From the NCBI RefSeq assembly GCF_018350175.1, contig NC_058368.1, positions 183,336,001 through 183,400,000 of the forward strand: a stretch of DNA of 64,000 nucleotides, in the 5' to 3' direction. The position numbers and the translations under genes were made by a program. This DNA comes from Felis catus. Taxonomy: Eukaryota. Positions 12,413 through 25,080 of the stretch are shown one piece after another. How positions within the stretch are numbered: the stretch's first letter is position 1; every line of letters starts with the position of its first letter. The notes under the pieces were generated by a model. It was not told the DNA's origin. It was given only the letters and a program-made list of their open reading frames with translations, and made no database searches.

Positions 12413-12666
12413 GGGGACTCCTGGGTGGCTCAGCTGGTTAAGCATTTGAATTTGGCTTGGTCATGATCTCACAGTTCCTGAGTCTGAGCCCCACGTCAGG
12501 CTCTGTGCTGACAGCTCAGAGCCTGGAGCCTGCTCAAGACTCTTTCTCTGCCCCTTTCCTGCTCATATTCTCTTTCTCTCTCTGTCTCTCTCTCTCTCTC
12601 TCTCATTCCCTCTCTCCCTCCCTCCCTCTTTCAAAAATAAACAATATTTGTTTAAATAAAAAAAAA
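12413..12666 (+). mobile_element. Can-SINE
   Basis: ggggactcctgggtggctcag head; TSD taaaaattat at 12403-12412 and 12667-12676. Confidence 0.95.
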
Positions 12667-12898
12667 TAAAAATTATACTACCTGTGACACAAGTTTGATC
12701 CCTCCACAATAATGACTAATTTTGTTGCAATAATCAGGTCATCAGCCAAAGCTGAATGCTCCCACACATACTTATCTACTACATCTATTATTCTAATATA
12801 TCTAAAATGTGTATACAGTGTTTAATGTGTCTACACTGCTGAGCTTTTACATAATCTCCAGTCTTATATTTGTAACCACTATTAACATAATATATTGT

Positions 12899-13115
12899 GG
12901 GGCACCTGGGTGGCTCAGTTGGTTGAGCGTCTGACTTCGGCTCAGGTCATGATCTCACGGCTCGTGAGTTCAAGGTCTGGGTCGGGCTCTGTGCTGACAG
13001 CTCAGAGCCTGGAGCCTACTTCCGATTCTGTGTCTTCCTCTCTCTCTGCCCCTAGCCCACTTGCATTCTGTCTCTGTCTCTCTCAAAAATAAATAAACAT
13101 TAAAAAAATGTAAAT
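12899..13115 (+). mobile_element. Can-SINE (SINEC_Fc2-like)
   Basis: ggggcacctgggtggctcagttggttgagcgtctgacttcggctcagg; TSD ataatatattg at 12887-12897 and 13116-13126. Confidence 0.96.
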
Positions 13116-13149
13116 ATAATATATTGCAAGATATATATTTACATATGTG

Positions 13150-13900
13150 GTATATCTTCTTTATGCAAAACTGTCTAGGAATTGTAAATAAAAATTAAAA
13201 CCTGATTTCTGCTTTTCAAGGCCTCAGTATTTACTGCAGATGATAGCACATGAACAAATAAACACATGCAGGGTAGCTGTATTAAATGTTTCTATAAAGA
13301 CCAATCTGACATATGAATAGTCCAGATGAGGGAAAAATGCATGCCATTGGACAAAGCCAGGAAATTATGTGGGATCTGAATAGGATCTTGAAGGACAAAT
13401 AAGAATTTAAGGAAAAAAAGAAAAAAAAATGAAAAATTAGGGTTATTCCAGGTGGATGAATAATGCAAGTAGAGTTACAGAAACAGTTTTATGTGCAACT
13501 GAACTACAGTGGAAAGAGTACAGATGATTCTGAGCTAGAGTTTCTGTCCATTTGGATTTCCCTTGTATCTCAAACTGAATATTTTCCAGCAAGATATATA
13601 TTATCTGCCAATTCCCAGTCATTCTCTTAATTCTCATGCCACAAAATTCAATAATCATTTTGACTTCTTATTTATTACTCACTAATTTGTTTGCCCATGC
13701 ATTTATTTAATTCAGGCATGCAATAATATTTTAAATACCTATTATGTACTAGGAAATAAAGAAAAAAAAGTGAATAAATTGGGAAGCTTTCTCTTGATAA
13801 ATTCACAGAAAATAAATTATAATACAGGGTATTAGATATATAATAGAAAGTTGTAAAGAATGTTGTAGGACTAATGACACAATTCTGCTCAGTTTTGCCA
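13150..13900 (-). mobile_element. LINE-2 3' remnants (two pieces)
   Basis: catttatttaattc..aaatacctattatgtactagg and tgaataggatcttgaaggacaaataagaattt resemble reverse L2 3' ends. Confidence 0.5.
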
Positions 13901-13966
13901 AAATTCACTATGTACCTACAATGTGGCAAGTTGCCTGCTAATTAATAAGAATTTAAAGATGGATGA

Positions 13967-14103
13967 GGATCACCTGGGAGGCTCAGTTAAGCCTCTGACT
14001 CTTGATATCAGCTCAGGTCATGATCTCATGGTTTGTAAGATCAAGTCCTGCATTGGGCTCTGTGCTGACAGTGCGGAGCCTGCTTGGGATTCTATCTCTC
14101 CTA

Positions 14104-14165
<62 letters not shown>

Positions 14166-14230
14166 GTGCTCCTCCCTTGCTTGCTCTCTCTCTCTCTCTC
14201 TCTCTCAAAATAAAAAAATCAGAAAAAAAT
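13967..14230 (+). mobile_element. Can-SINE with expanded (CT)n tract
   Basis: cacctgggaggctcagttaagcctctgactcttg; long CT run 14107-14206; TSD tttaaagatg(g/a)atga at 13952-13966 and 14231-14245. Confidence 0.95.
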
Positions 14231-15392
14231 TTTAAAGATGAATGAAACTTGGTCAATGCACTCCACTTCCTCATAGTCTGATGGAGAATATAGAAAACAA
14301 ACAGATAATTACAGTGCAAGGAGTAAAAGCTGAGACAGATGTGGCCATTAAAGGGACTGACTCAATCTGTTTCAAGAGAAAAGGTCAGTTAAGGGAAGTT
14401 TTATCTCCTATGTGCAGCTTTCCTTAACCCATCTTTCCCTTCAAATAGAACCAGTTGTTTTAAAGTGCTTTGTGAGTATGTTAGGGGCAACACAAAATGC
14501 AAACAGTGGGTTAGTTTGGATTTATACTAGACAGAATCAAAACAGATAGGAGGCATAAATGCTAGACTTCAGACGTGGAGATTCTTAATAATTTCCTTGA
14601 AGGAGATTTTGTTGCACTTTCCAAATCCCAGAGGTCTACCTTTGAGGGTGTGCTTTTGCCCATGCTCATAGACAAACATGATAGTCAAGGAGGGTGGTAT
14701 ATGAAAGATCTCTGGGTTTCACAGGTAGAAAGTCACAAGTGACTTCTGAATAAGAAAATGAGTAGAGTGGCTTGTAGGAAGTTGGGGGGAAGAAAGCAAA
14801 ATAGAAAAGGGAGTGGGAATAGTGAATAGTGACTACCTTACCCAGATAAGAGAAAAGAGAGAGAAATGAATGACCTGACTGGAGGAAGAGAGGGATTTAA
14901 TTTTTATTTGTTACCAATAACATCCTTGCGAGACAGTCAATTCCTCAGATATCCTCCAAGTACACCATGTTAGTGCTATGAGCTAGGAGCACTTAAGACT
15001 CGTTACTCATCCTGAACTGTTTGCCTTCTACCTCCCCACATGTTATGTAGGGTTCAAGTTCATCTTTCTCTATTCAAGTCTCACCAGACTACTTTAGTTG
15101 GTCCATACAAATTTAATTCTTTATACTAGTTCTGTGCTACTCTGACAGTTAAATCTAATTTGTTACCTTTCCATTGCTTCAGTTGTACCCCATCAGACCT
15201 CTGTCACCATATCTTACATAGCCATGAATATATTTTTTTTGACAACATGCATTATCGACTATACTCATCTTGTTAGTATAGTACACAATGAATTCAGTTC
15301 TGAATTATTTTCTATGTGCTTAAGGTTTTACCATCCATGTACTGAGTGGACTAGTAGAAATCTACACTCTCCTTCAAAAATTTAAAAATGTT

Positions 15393-15600
15393 GGGGCGCC
15401 TGGATGGCTCAGATGGTTAAGTGTCTGACTTCGGCTCAGGTGGTGATGTCACAGTTCGTGGGTTTGAGCCCCACGTCAGGCTCTGTGTTGACAGCTTGGA
15501 GCCTGCTTCGGATTCTGTGTCTCCCTCTCTCTCTTCTCCTCCCCCATTCATGCTCTGTCTCTCTGTGTCTCTTGAAGATACATAAAAGTTATTTTTTTTT
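15393..15600 (+). mobile_element. Can-SINE
   Basis: ggggcgcctggatggctcag head; TSD aatttaaaaatg(t/c)t at 15379-15392 and 15601-15614. Confidence 0.95.
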
Positions 15601-15634
15601 AATTTAAAAATGCTCATTATTCCCCATTTCAACC

Positions 15635-15858
15635 TTTTTTTTTAATTTTTTTTTTTAACGTTTATTTATTTTTGGGACAGAGAGAGACAGAGCATGAACG
15701 AGGGAGGGGCAGAGAGAGAGGGAGACACAGAATCGGAAACAGGCTCCAGGCTCTGAGCCATCAGCCCAGAGGCTGACGCGGGGCTTGAACTCACGGACCG
15801 CGAGATCGTGACATGGCCGAAGTCGGACGCTTAACCGACTGCGCCACCCAAGCGCCCC
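15635..15858 (-). mobile_element. Young Can-SINE (SINEC_Fc-like)
   Basis: Reverse SINE: polyT, aacgtttatttatttttgggacagagagagac..gacgcttaaccgactgcgccacccaagcgcccc. Confidence 0.97.
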
Positions 15859-16137
15859 ATTAATCTTTATGTTTTCTTACTGAAAGGTCTTAGGCTTTTC
15901 CTTCAGTTTCTGTATACTGGTTTCTTCCGTTTTTTTTTTTTTTTTCTTTATTTTGTCACTTATTTTAGTAGTTAATTGTTTCAATTTCCATTATGCTTAC
16001 TGACCAAGATTACACATGATTTCTGTATTTAAAAAAAATATATATTTTTCTTTTTTTTCATTTAAAATTACTTTCTTGATTATGCTTATAACTTCATTTG
16101 TACACGTGGATGTGAGTAGGTACACAGTAGATCTAAT

Positions 16138-16239
16138 GATGTTAGTTACAACTTATTTGGTTATAAGTGATAGAAACCTAACTCAAACTAGTTCAGGCCA
16201 GACAAAGAATACTGGTTTTAAAAGTACTAAAGTAAATAA

Positions 16240-16275
<36 letters not shown>

Positions 16276-16770
16276 ATATTAAGAATAAACAAATCAAAAG
16301 TACTCTCTCATATAATCAAAACATTACAAGGTCAGAGGTACATCTGGATTTCAAGTTTAACTGGACACAGGATCTCTATGCTTCTGGAATGCTTCAATTA
16401 ACCATTTTCTATGCACAGTGGCTTAAATCTCTAACTTTTTAACCACTTTAATGCTTTAACCACTCTATCCATATTAAATGGAGATTTAGCTATGGGCAGT
16501 TAAGAAGCTTCATATCCCTTAGCTAGTACCATCAAAGAAGAAAGGGAGAATGTTAACTTAGTTTTAGATTTAAAAAAAATGTATATTTTAAATACATATT
16601 AAAAATATGTATTTAAAGTTACAGGGCATGACTCTCAGAATCCATCTCTAGAAACATCAGCTATGGGAGAATCAAGGATAATAGAGCAGCACTCTGGCAA
16701 CTATAGACTTCCTCTGTTCCCATAAAAGAAGTAGGTGTACCAGGCAGCAATAGCCATTCATATCTACTAG
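16138..16770 (-). mobile_element. Diverged ERVL/MaLR LTR (MLT1/LTR33 class)
   Basis: ttggttataagtgatagaaacctaactcaaactagttcagg resembles the reverse 3' end of old LTRs; other end caggcagcaatagcc..tatctacta. Confidence 0.55.
16241..16274 (+). repeat. (TAGA)n microsatellite
   Basis: Direct reading. Confidence 0.97.
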
Positions 16771-17754
16771 AAATTTACTACACAATGGAAAGGATTTTGT
16801 TGGCATTGTTTATCACTGCATGTCCGGAGTCTAGAAGTTAATTATATAATGTTTTCTCACAATTCAGAGTGTTGTCAGAGACAGTCTAGTCATCTTTCCC
16901 TAGATAATACATCTGTATTTCTGAATTGAGGAAATAGAACGTGACATTTCTGTGATTCAGGAAATTTTCTAGTGTTTTATTTCTTCTTCAGAAAATTGTG
17001 ATAACTTAATATCTATAGTTCACTTTAGCATACTATGGAAAATAGTGGTGGGCAACCAAGTGGCATTGTGGTTAGCAAAACATCTTTAAAAAGTAATGTA
17101 TGGAGTAAAATCAGTGTGGTTGTCATAAAAGTAATAAATGATGTGATGTGTCATAAAAGATGTGAACATCATTTTAGTAATTCACTGAGTTGTCTTCCCT
17201 GTGTCTATTATAATTTGACTAAACTAATTCTTTAAGAATATAGGAATATAAGGAACAATTACACTCTCTGTTGAAGAAAGTATATCACAAATACATATAA
17301 ATCATTCTATCTTCTAGTTTATATTGTCCTATCTTATCTAACCATATGACTTGAATGTATACATATTTCAAACTAAATTACAGAACATATCTTTAACTAG
17401 GGCTGATATACTTCAAGTTTTAAAATTCCAATCCCAGGAAGAATGTTATTGTCATATATGTGTTAAAATTTTGTCTGTGCCCAGAGTCTACAGTGTAAAT
17501 TTGGAAGTGAGTGTTAATTACTGATAATTTTAAAAGGAAAAGATTTGACTTAAAACATTGTTTTCTTTTCCAGGAAAATAATATGGTGTTTTTGTTCTTT
17601 AACAAAAATTATCTCTAGTATTGGCTCTGTCTCAACTTTCTAAATCCCTTCAGGGGATGTGAAAGTAGCATTTTATTCTTTACCCTCTAATATGTGTTCT
17701 TTCATTACTTTTGATCATGATAATTATTATTACTGTTTTTTACTATAAAATAAA

Positions 17755-18215
17755 TGAACCAGCCTTTATTAAGTGTCTTCTTTGTGCCAGGCACTGTGCT
17801 TAATATTGTCACTCATTGATTTATTATTTACTATTTGTTCATACCTTTCTCCAATCAATATTTATTGGGTTTGTACAGTGCTTTCAGCACCTAAAAAATT
17901 GTCTTCAAGTTCCTTGTGGTGTAGTAGAGGGAATGTTAACTAAACAAATAGATAATTATACTTTAAAGTAATAAGAAGACCCATGAAGAAAAAAAAAATA
18001 ATGCAAGCTAAGAGATAGAGAGGCAGGGGCTATTATTCTGGACAGCATGGTCAGGGAAGATTTCTCCAGGAAATTACTATTTCAGCAGAGACCTGAATGA
18101 AATGAGGAAGTAAAATATATGAACACCTGAAAAATGGTTTTTAGGCATTGAGGCCAAAAAGTACAAAGTCTGAATGGAAACTTGGAAAGTCGTGTATGGA
18201 AGAATAACATAATTT
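17755..18215 (-). mobile_element. Adjacent MIR and L2 remnants
   Basis: tttattaagtgtcttctttgtgccaggcactgtgct (MIR/L2 tail); atatttattgggttt..ggtcagggaagatttctccagg..gcagagacctgaatgaaatgaggaag (L2). Confidence 0.7.
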
Positions 18216-18224
18216 GACTTACAT

Positions 18225-18423
18225 TGATCAATGGTGGTTAAAAGCACAGTTTCTGGGGCTCCTGGGTGACTCAGTTGGTTAAGCATCTGACATGATATCA
18301 GCTCAGGTCATGATCTTGCCATCCTGAGTATAAACCCCGCATCAGGCTCCACACTGAACACGGAGCCTACTTGGGATTCTCTCTTTCCCTCTCTCTCTGT
18401 CCCTTCCCCACTCACCCTTTATC

Positions 18424-18462
<39 letters not shown>

Positions 18463-18466
18463 ATGT

Positions 18467-18504
<38 letters not shown>

Positions 18505-18740
18505 TTCTAAAGTCAGACTAAGTGCTTGCATTTGAATGGCATGGCAACTATCCTGGCTATGAAGCCATGGCAAGTTACCTTACTTCTAGGGCCTCAGTTT
18601 GCCCATTTAGTATAAGGATCATAGTCATTCCTTTTTCATAGTTTAGAAATGAGGATTAAATAAGGAAATCTACCCAGAGACATTACCACAGTGTGTGACA
18701 TATAATGAGTGTCTGAGGAATGCTAACTATTATCATTAGT
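18225..18740 (+). mobile_element. Near full-length MIR interrupted by a Can-SINE
   Basis: atggtggttaaaagcacag..ggcaagttaccttacttctagggcctcagtttgcccat..gaggattaaataagg..aatgctaactattatcatt. Confidence 0.85.
18255..18465 (+). mobile_element. Can-SINE with (TAAA)n tail
   Basis: ggggctcctgggtgactcagttggttaagcatctgac head; tail (taaa)n 18424-18464, then (CA)16 at 18471-18502. Confidence 0.95.
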
Positions 18741-19682
18741 CTGCCATTACTTTTTTTAATGTTACAAAACAAGATCATTTTCCTGCCTTTAAAGTAGGAG
18801 TGTAATCAATGGTTCTTGCCTTATAGACAGAACTTCTAGAGAAACAGCACAGCTGAGAAGTGTATGCTATCATGTACCTGTGTCTACAGAGGTGAAGGCT
18901 CTGATTTGGGGGAACTCTACACTCTCTTAGTTACTTTCCATCAAAGGAAGAATAAATTGAGAATGATTAAATTAAGTGAACTGGAGAGAGCCTATTACTA
19001 ATGTAAATCATTATAAAAGCTTCAGTAGGCAAAGAAGTAAAATACTAGAGAATATAATGTAGTATCTTTGGATAGTCTTTTGGTAGACAATTAAATTGCT
19101 AGAAGTGAGACAGTACCATTAATAATTGCACATTTCATTTAATATATAATTATTCACTGTGGCCTCGCTAGCTTTCTTAAGCTTAAAAATGGAAGTGACC
19201 CTTTTATTCTGACTGTACTTATTCCTCTGAGTAGCTAAAAATGTCTCCATTTATCTTCATTCACCTTGTACCTAGTGCATAAGGAATGGAATACTTCTTT
19301 GTCTTTTTGAGACTGGAGTGTCAGATGAAAATATTCATTCCTCCATAAGAAGACAAGAAATACTTAACTCCCTGAAGGTAATAAATATGTTGATTTATTA
19401 TATGTCTAGTACCCCAAGTGAAAAGGATATTTATGGAGAGGCAATTCTGAAAAACAGGGATGAATTATGGTGGAATATAATGATTCTGAAAGAGCCCAAT
19501 TCTCTATTCAAAATAATCGCAAATTAAGATAAAAATATAATTATTCAGCAAGATGCTTAAGGCGACTACCTAATCATTTGTTGCATGACTAATTGCCAAA
19601 TACATGATTATATCCTCTGTTTATAATTTCTTTCAGTTACAAAAACTTTCATGGTCACTACCTTTTCTGATTAAAATGATAG

Positions 19683-19880
19683 TAATAATATCTATGATTT
19701 ATTGATAGTGCTTACTATATGTTAGGTTGCTTTCCAAAAATAGTCTACTTTAACTCTCATAGTAGCTCCTATGTGGATTTTGTTATTTTTCAATAATTTA
19801 CAGATCAAAAACTGAGTTCAGAAATGCTAAGTAATTTGTCCAAGCTTTCACAGATACTGAGTTATATATCCTATTCCCAA
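19683..19880 (-). mobile_element. MIR
   Basis: gtgcttactatatgttagg..tttacagatcaaaaactgagttcagaaatgctaagtaatttgtccaag reverse MIR core. Confidence 0.8.
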
Positions 19881-20299
19881 ATCTTCTTAAGCATGACCCT
19901 GTAGTTTCTCTTACCAACTTACCTTCTGACAAGTTAACAGGACAGGTATCATTGTTATTTTTTTTGTTGTTGTTTTAAACTTTTGAGTATTGTTTTAATA
20001 ATAGCATCCAAGAAGATAAGTAATTTGCACAAGATGGCATAGTCAGTTGGAGGCAACCAGGTCAGGGATTTCAGCCAGGAAGAATGAAGTGTCTTTGACT
20101 TTTGTGAGTAACAGCCAGGTGTTGCCCTTCCATGCAATTAAAAACAGAAAATGCCAAAGTTGCTTGAACTTAGAAAATATGTCCCAACCAATTAAAGTTT
20201 CTAGATAGATAAAGGTATTTTTATTTCAACCTCATTGTTGGGCTGAGTTTACTTCCAACTAATTTTTTTTGAAATTTTCAAACTGTTCATTCCTTCTAA

Positions 20300-20592
20300 T
20301 CATTTTGCTAACATCACATTACTGATAGATCTTCCCTGACTTCTTATATTAAATAGTAACTCTTCCCTATCTCAATCATTCCACTATATAACTACCACAC
20401 TAACCCAATATATCATCTTCATAATGCTTACCATTATGTTAACTTATTTATTCACTTGTCATCTTTTCTCCCTCACTAGAATATCAGTTACTTGACAGTG
20501 TTACCTTATCTGTTTGGCTATCTCTAATGTTTAGATGAGTACCTGCACTCATAGTAGATACTGAAAAAATTTCTAGTGAATAAATAAATGAG
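20300..20592 (+). mobile_element. LINE-2 3' end
   Basis: ccctcactagaatatcagttacttgacag..cctgcactcatagtagatactgaaaaaatttctagtgaataaataaatga. Confidence 0.8.
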
Positions 20593-21534
20593 TTCAGTAT
20601 AATTTCTGAGTTCTAAAATACAAGGTAGTCACTAATGTGTATTTAAGAATGTTTATATGAGTGGACATAGACACACAGACACACACAGACACAAAAAACA
20701 AACATACACACTTAGTGCATTTTTAAAACTAAAATTTTGTGGTTTTAACTCCAGACCTTTAATTAGCAATCAGATCACCAACTATATTGTTAGCACTTGA
20801 AAAGAGGCCTTAATGAAAACATGAATTCAATGTTGTGTCTAATGTCATTAATGAAGGACAACGAGCCAAGAGAGAAAAAATATATCCCCCAGCCTTCATT
20901 AGAAAGTATCTCAAGCCCATCAGATCCATAAGCACTTCAACGTTTGAGTTTTGTAAGCAATGGAAGAATCTTCAAAATATAATAAAATGACTGGAAGGCA
21001 CTCAGTGAAGTAGTAAGGTTAAAGGGCATAGTTTAAAAGAATCCTCAAAGTACCTTAGGAATTATTTAACCAAAAAAACATAGATGGGTCTGTCACTGAA
21101 TCATGATACTCTGATATACTTTGTTACTTTCCTACTTAAATTAAAATAGGTGATTGTTTAGGTCCAAATCACAAAATAAGTGACTCAAAGTTGTATGTTT
21201 GAGTGAAAAAACAGGAATGTCATTTAACTGTAATTATGAAGCTTAATCTAACTCACATCCTCTACACAAAAAAATCTCTAGTTATGGATGTGACCCAAAT
21301 TCCATCTTTGCATATTATTCATTAGTGGTTCTAATGGACTTGAGCCAAATTTTGAAAAAGCTTTATAAAGCTGATTTTTGATTGCCATCCTTGATCTCGT
21401 AGGCTTAAGCTTTCTTGGTATTTATCTACACATTGCAAACACTGATAAAAGTATACATACAAACTGAGACATCGGTTTAGAAAAAAAGCAATGTAATTTT
21501 ATAGGTTCTGATAACAAAATAATTGGGTCTGGAA

Positions 21535-21847
21535 TTGGGTGCAGGAAAGGTTTTCTGAGGAAATTATTCCAAATTTGATTTTAATAATGAGTAAAAGTTC
21601 ACTATGATAAAGAGAAGGGAAGGGAAAGGAAGCAGAAAGAATAGCCATGACAAAAGTTCCTAAGTTACAGGCAACATGAAGCTCTAAAGAAATTGAAAGG
21701 GCCAGGTGCCCAGAACTCAGAGACCCCAGGAGCAAAAAGTGCTACACAATAGAGGAGAAATGAATGACAAAATAATGCTGGACCCTGCAATATGGGTTAA
21801 GGATTTTCTGCTTTTCTTTTATATTAGTGAGAAGCATTGAAAAATTT
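21535..21847 (-). mobile_element. LINE-2 fragment
   Basis: caggaaaggttttctgagga..gcagaaagaatagccatgacaaaagttcctaag..ttaaggattttctgctttt..gagaagcattgaaaaattt. Confidence 0.65.
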
Positions 21848-21848
21848 G

Positions 21849-21903
<55 letters not shown>
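21848..21903 (+). repeat. (TG)n microsatellite
   Basis: Direct reading, one interruption. Confidence 0.98.
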
Positions 21904-21905
<2 letters not shown>

Positions 21906-22201
21906 ACATGTGGATAATACATCAAGTAGGGGAAAGAGGTATCAATGAAAGACAATTAGTTTGGTAGGGTAAACATATGATTTTTAGGTGCTATTCAGAG
22001 CGTTAAACAATGTAGAAAGGAACGCTTTAACTCAATCCCTTGCCTTTCAATCCCCACAATTTCCAATTTGTACTCAGCAGCTTTTTTAAACTAAGGAATT
22101 CATTCCCTAGTAGGAATGAAACTGGTTGTTTCACCAATGATGGCTGTTCTTGGTGACTTAAAATGGAGTCAAACCAGTTCTAAAATCAAATAATAAATGA
22201 A

Positions 22202-22899
22202 GTAGAATCTGCTGGCTGCCTACCCAATATCACATTTTCCCTTCCTAGAGACTTACAAGTTCTATATAGGTATTCACCCCTGTTCCATACAGCTAATTAT
22301 CTCAGGAGAAGACATAGAATCAGCTACATATATTGTAAGGTTCAATGCAAAATGAAAATGTACAACCTTTGTTAAAAATTGTTAAGAATTTCAAGATGGC
22401 ACTAGCAGCATATTAAACTAAGCCAGAGGTCCCATGTTACTGTACAGACTTCATGACCATGAGGTTAGCCCTCGGAATTTGGCCTGTGGTAGCTTAAATA
22501 GTTATCCTGATTATACTAGGAATGGTTATAAGGCCAAAATTTCATCAATAAGACATGGGGACAGGGGGAAGTTTGTTCACTGGCTTCTGGAAATTTTCTT
22601 ATTTCTTAAGAGAGGATGAAGAAAGAAATGATAACTTTACTTCCTCTTATTATTCTTTCCGGATTTGATGACTCAAAATATTATATCCATCTTGAGTAAA
22701 GCAAATTTTTATGATGGCAAAGACAAGAAATAAAAAGAAGTGGTATAGGTGATCACTTTCTTGTGCCAATAAATCAAACAACTCAGACAGCCATCATGAA
22801 TCAAGACTTCCTGTTACACCAATAATACATTTTCCTTATTATTTGTCATTTGAGCCAGAGGTCTTATTATTAGAAGGCAGAAACATTCCAACTGACAAA
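22202..22899 (+). mobile_element. Old MaLR LTR (MLT1J/K-like) with nested MER45A
   Basis: gtagaatctgctggctgcctacccaatatc start; gacttcctgttacaccaataatacattttcc..gcagaaacattccaactgaca end. Confidence 0.65.
22315..22473 (-). mobile_element. MER45A-like hAT MITE
   Basis: cagctacata..tgcaaaatgaaaatg..ttgttaagaatttcaagatggc..ttaaactaagc..ccatgaggttagccct matches reverse of recalled MER45A. Confidence 0.85.
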
Positions 22900-23989
22900 A
22901 ATAATACTCTTTCAACCTAATTTGCTGAAAGAAGTATCCCTTTTTCAGTGAATAATATTTGTTGCATTGTTAAATATTTTTAGAGCTGTGCATGCTTGGG
23001 AGAAATGAATATTACCTAGGATAACAGAAGTTGTCAGCTTACTTCTCAAAAGATAAAGAGATCATATGACATAAAATAAAATTCAAAAACATATGCTGGC
23101 ATATTCTAGGAAAATAAAGGTTTAATTGCAAGATAACTGCAAGGTGAGTAACAATATTCCAGATTTGCTTCTCCTAACATTAAATATAAATATGTATTTT
23201 GATGCTATTTTTGTAAGAAAGTTTTGTAATGAAACCAGATATCCAGAGCTCTCAAAGGCAATGGAAAACGACCACACATTGCTATCAGATAAGTGTCAGA
23301 CAAGAGAACGACAATGAAAATTAATCAGAGTAAAATTATGTAAAACAAAGTTGAGAGTGTTTTCCCTAAAGAATTAATTAGAGTAGCTATCCCAATCTAC
23401 AACACTCTCTCTATCCATTTCCTTCCAGTTTGTCCATGGTTATATATACCCTTTAAATTTAAACAAAAGAAAAAAAATTCCACAGGATCCATTTACTGTA
23501 ATGAGCCTATAGAATAACAACAAGACATTTTGGTTTCCGCCCAAAGTTATTGGAGTGAGTACAATGTAGCCAGTCTGAGTTATAGCAACAATAAAGGGGC
23601 AAAGTCAAGTTTGACTCTAAGTTTGACTCTGAATCAGCCTATGTTCTTAATTCCTGCAAATCCAAATCTTCAATGACATATAATCCATAGCTATAATGGA
23701 AGGAATCTCATGGTGCAGAGCCAACAAAAACGAAGTAGAAACAGAAGCTACCTAGAAAGGTTAGCTAAATCTTAAATGATGTTCCTGAGTGAATCTTAAA
23801 GGCTAAGTGGGAAATTCACATGTAAAAGTAGTAAGTAAACTTTCAATCTGAAAAGGTAACATACATAAATACTGACTGTAGTTCTATCTTATAAGTGGTC
23901 CTGGTGTTGTTGTGGGTGGTAGAAGCTGTATTTAGTGAGGTTAATTTGACAATATTGTACAAGAGTTCTTGGGGCAGGGAAGACTAGGC

Positions 23990-24620
23990 AGCATGTTACT
24001 ATACCATGATTTTATCCCTGACCCAAAGACAACTTAAAATCCTCTTGGAGGAAAAAAAAAATACATAAGTAAAGTGAAATGGTAAAATAAAATAATAAAT
24101 TCAAATAATGTTTCACTATAAAATAATGGAAATACATTCCATGGAAATAAGTGATTACTTCCTAAGTGAATAATAAAAAATGCAATTTGAGACATTCAAA
24201 GAATTTAGAATGGGTTGTCAGGGCAGTTATGTTTGTGTAGCAGGAGGATCCAAACCAGGTTTCAAAAGATAGGTTAAACTTAGAGGGATAGAACAGCATT
24301 CAAGATGATGGGAAACAGTGGGTAAAAGTATAACAGTAGACAAGTTTAAGTGAAAACAAATGTGAGAAAAATTGAGACTTCATAGAAAGAAGAAAGAGAA
24401 CAAAGTGGGAAGTTGGTCTTGACTACAGGTTTCGACTTTAGAAGTAAACATTGTAGATCTCTCCGGGAGTTTATTGAGTGGCATAGTTGTGCAGGGGGTG
24501 CTATTGCACAGAATGAATTAAATAGGGAGAGTTTAGAATTGCAGAAAACAGTCAATAGACAAAGACAGCATGACAGATTAGGATATAGCTGTGGCAGTGG
24601 GTTTGGGGAGAATAAAGGAT
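23990..24620 (-). mobile_element. Diverged LINE-2 fragment
   Basis: ccaggtttcaaaagataggttaaactt..aacagcattcaagatgatgggaaacagtgggtaaaag..gggagtttattgagtggcatag..gctgtggcagtggg. Confidence 0.55.
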
Positions 24621-25080
24621 ATTATAAGAAAAGAATCAACGAAAGTTATGAATAATGAAATAGGAAAATGAGGGATAATGAGGTGTATTTTGTAATTCTA
24701 ATACCACAGCCACAAAGACAGCAATAAATACAAAAAGAGTCGTCTTCCTAAGGTGACAACAGACCATATAAGCGGAAATACCCAGCCACCTTCTGTGTAA
24801 TAGAAAGTAGAATATAGCTCCAAGAAATATCTTCATAGAGAAAACTCCTATGATTATTTGATGAACCCTCTAAAGTAGAGAATATGGGCAAATTATTGCA
24901 GAGACATTTGTGTTTTCTTGACTCAGAGGCACCAGATCACTTTTCTGCCTGAAAATTCCTTGTCTACTTTCCTACCTATAAATATGCTCCTTACCTGTTA
25001 AGTGTAAGCACCAAAGTTATTCCAGCAAAACTTTCCATGACAATTATAGAGTATTTTATCCTTTTTGCTTCTTCAGTACC

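Noticed and set aside
23141..23149. Consensus splice donor AAG|GTGAGT (similar isolated donors near 4248, 19918, 24990, 26672, 27245, 40408)
   Set aside because: No convincing paired acceptor; isolated donors are expected by chance at this frequency
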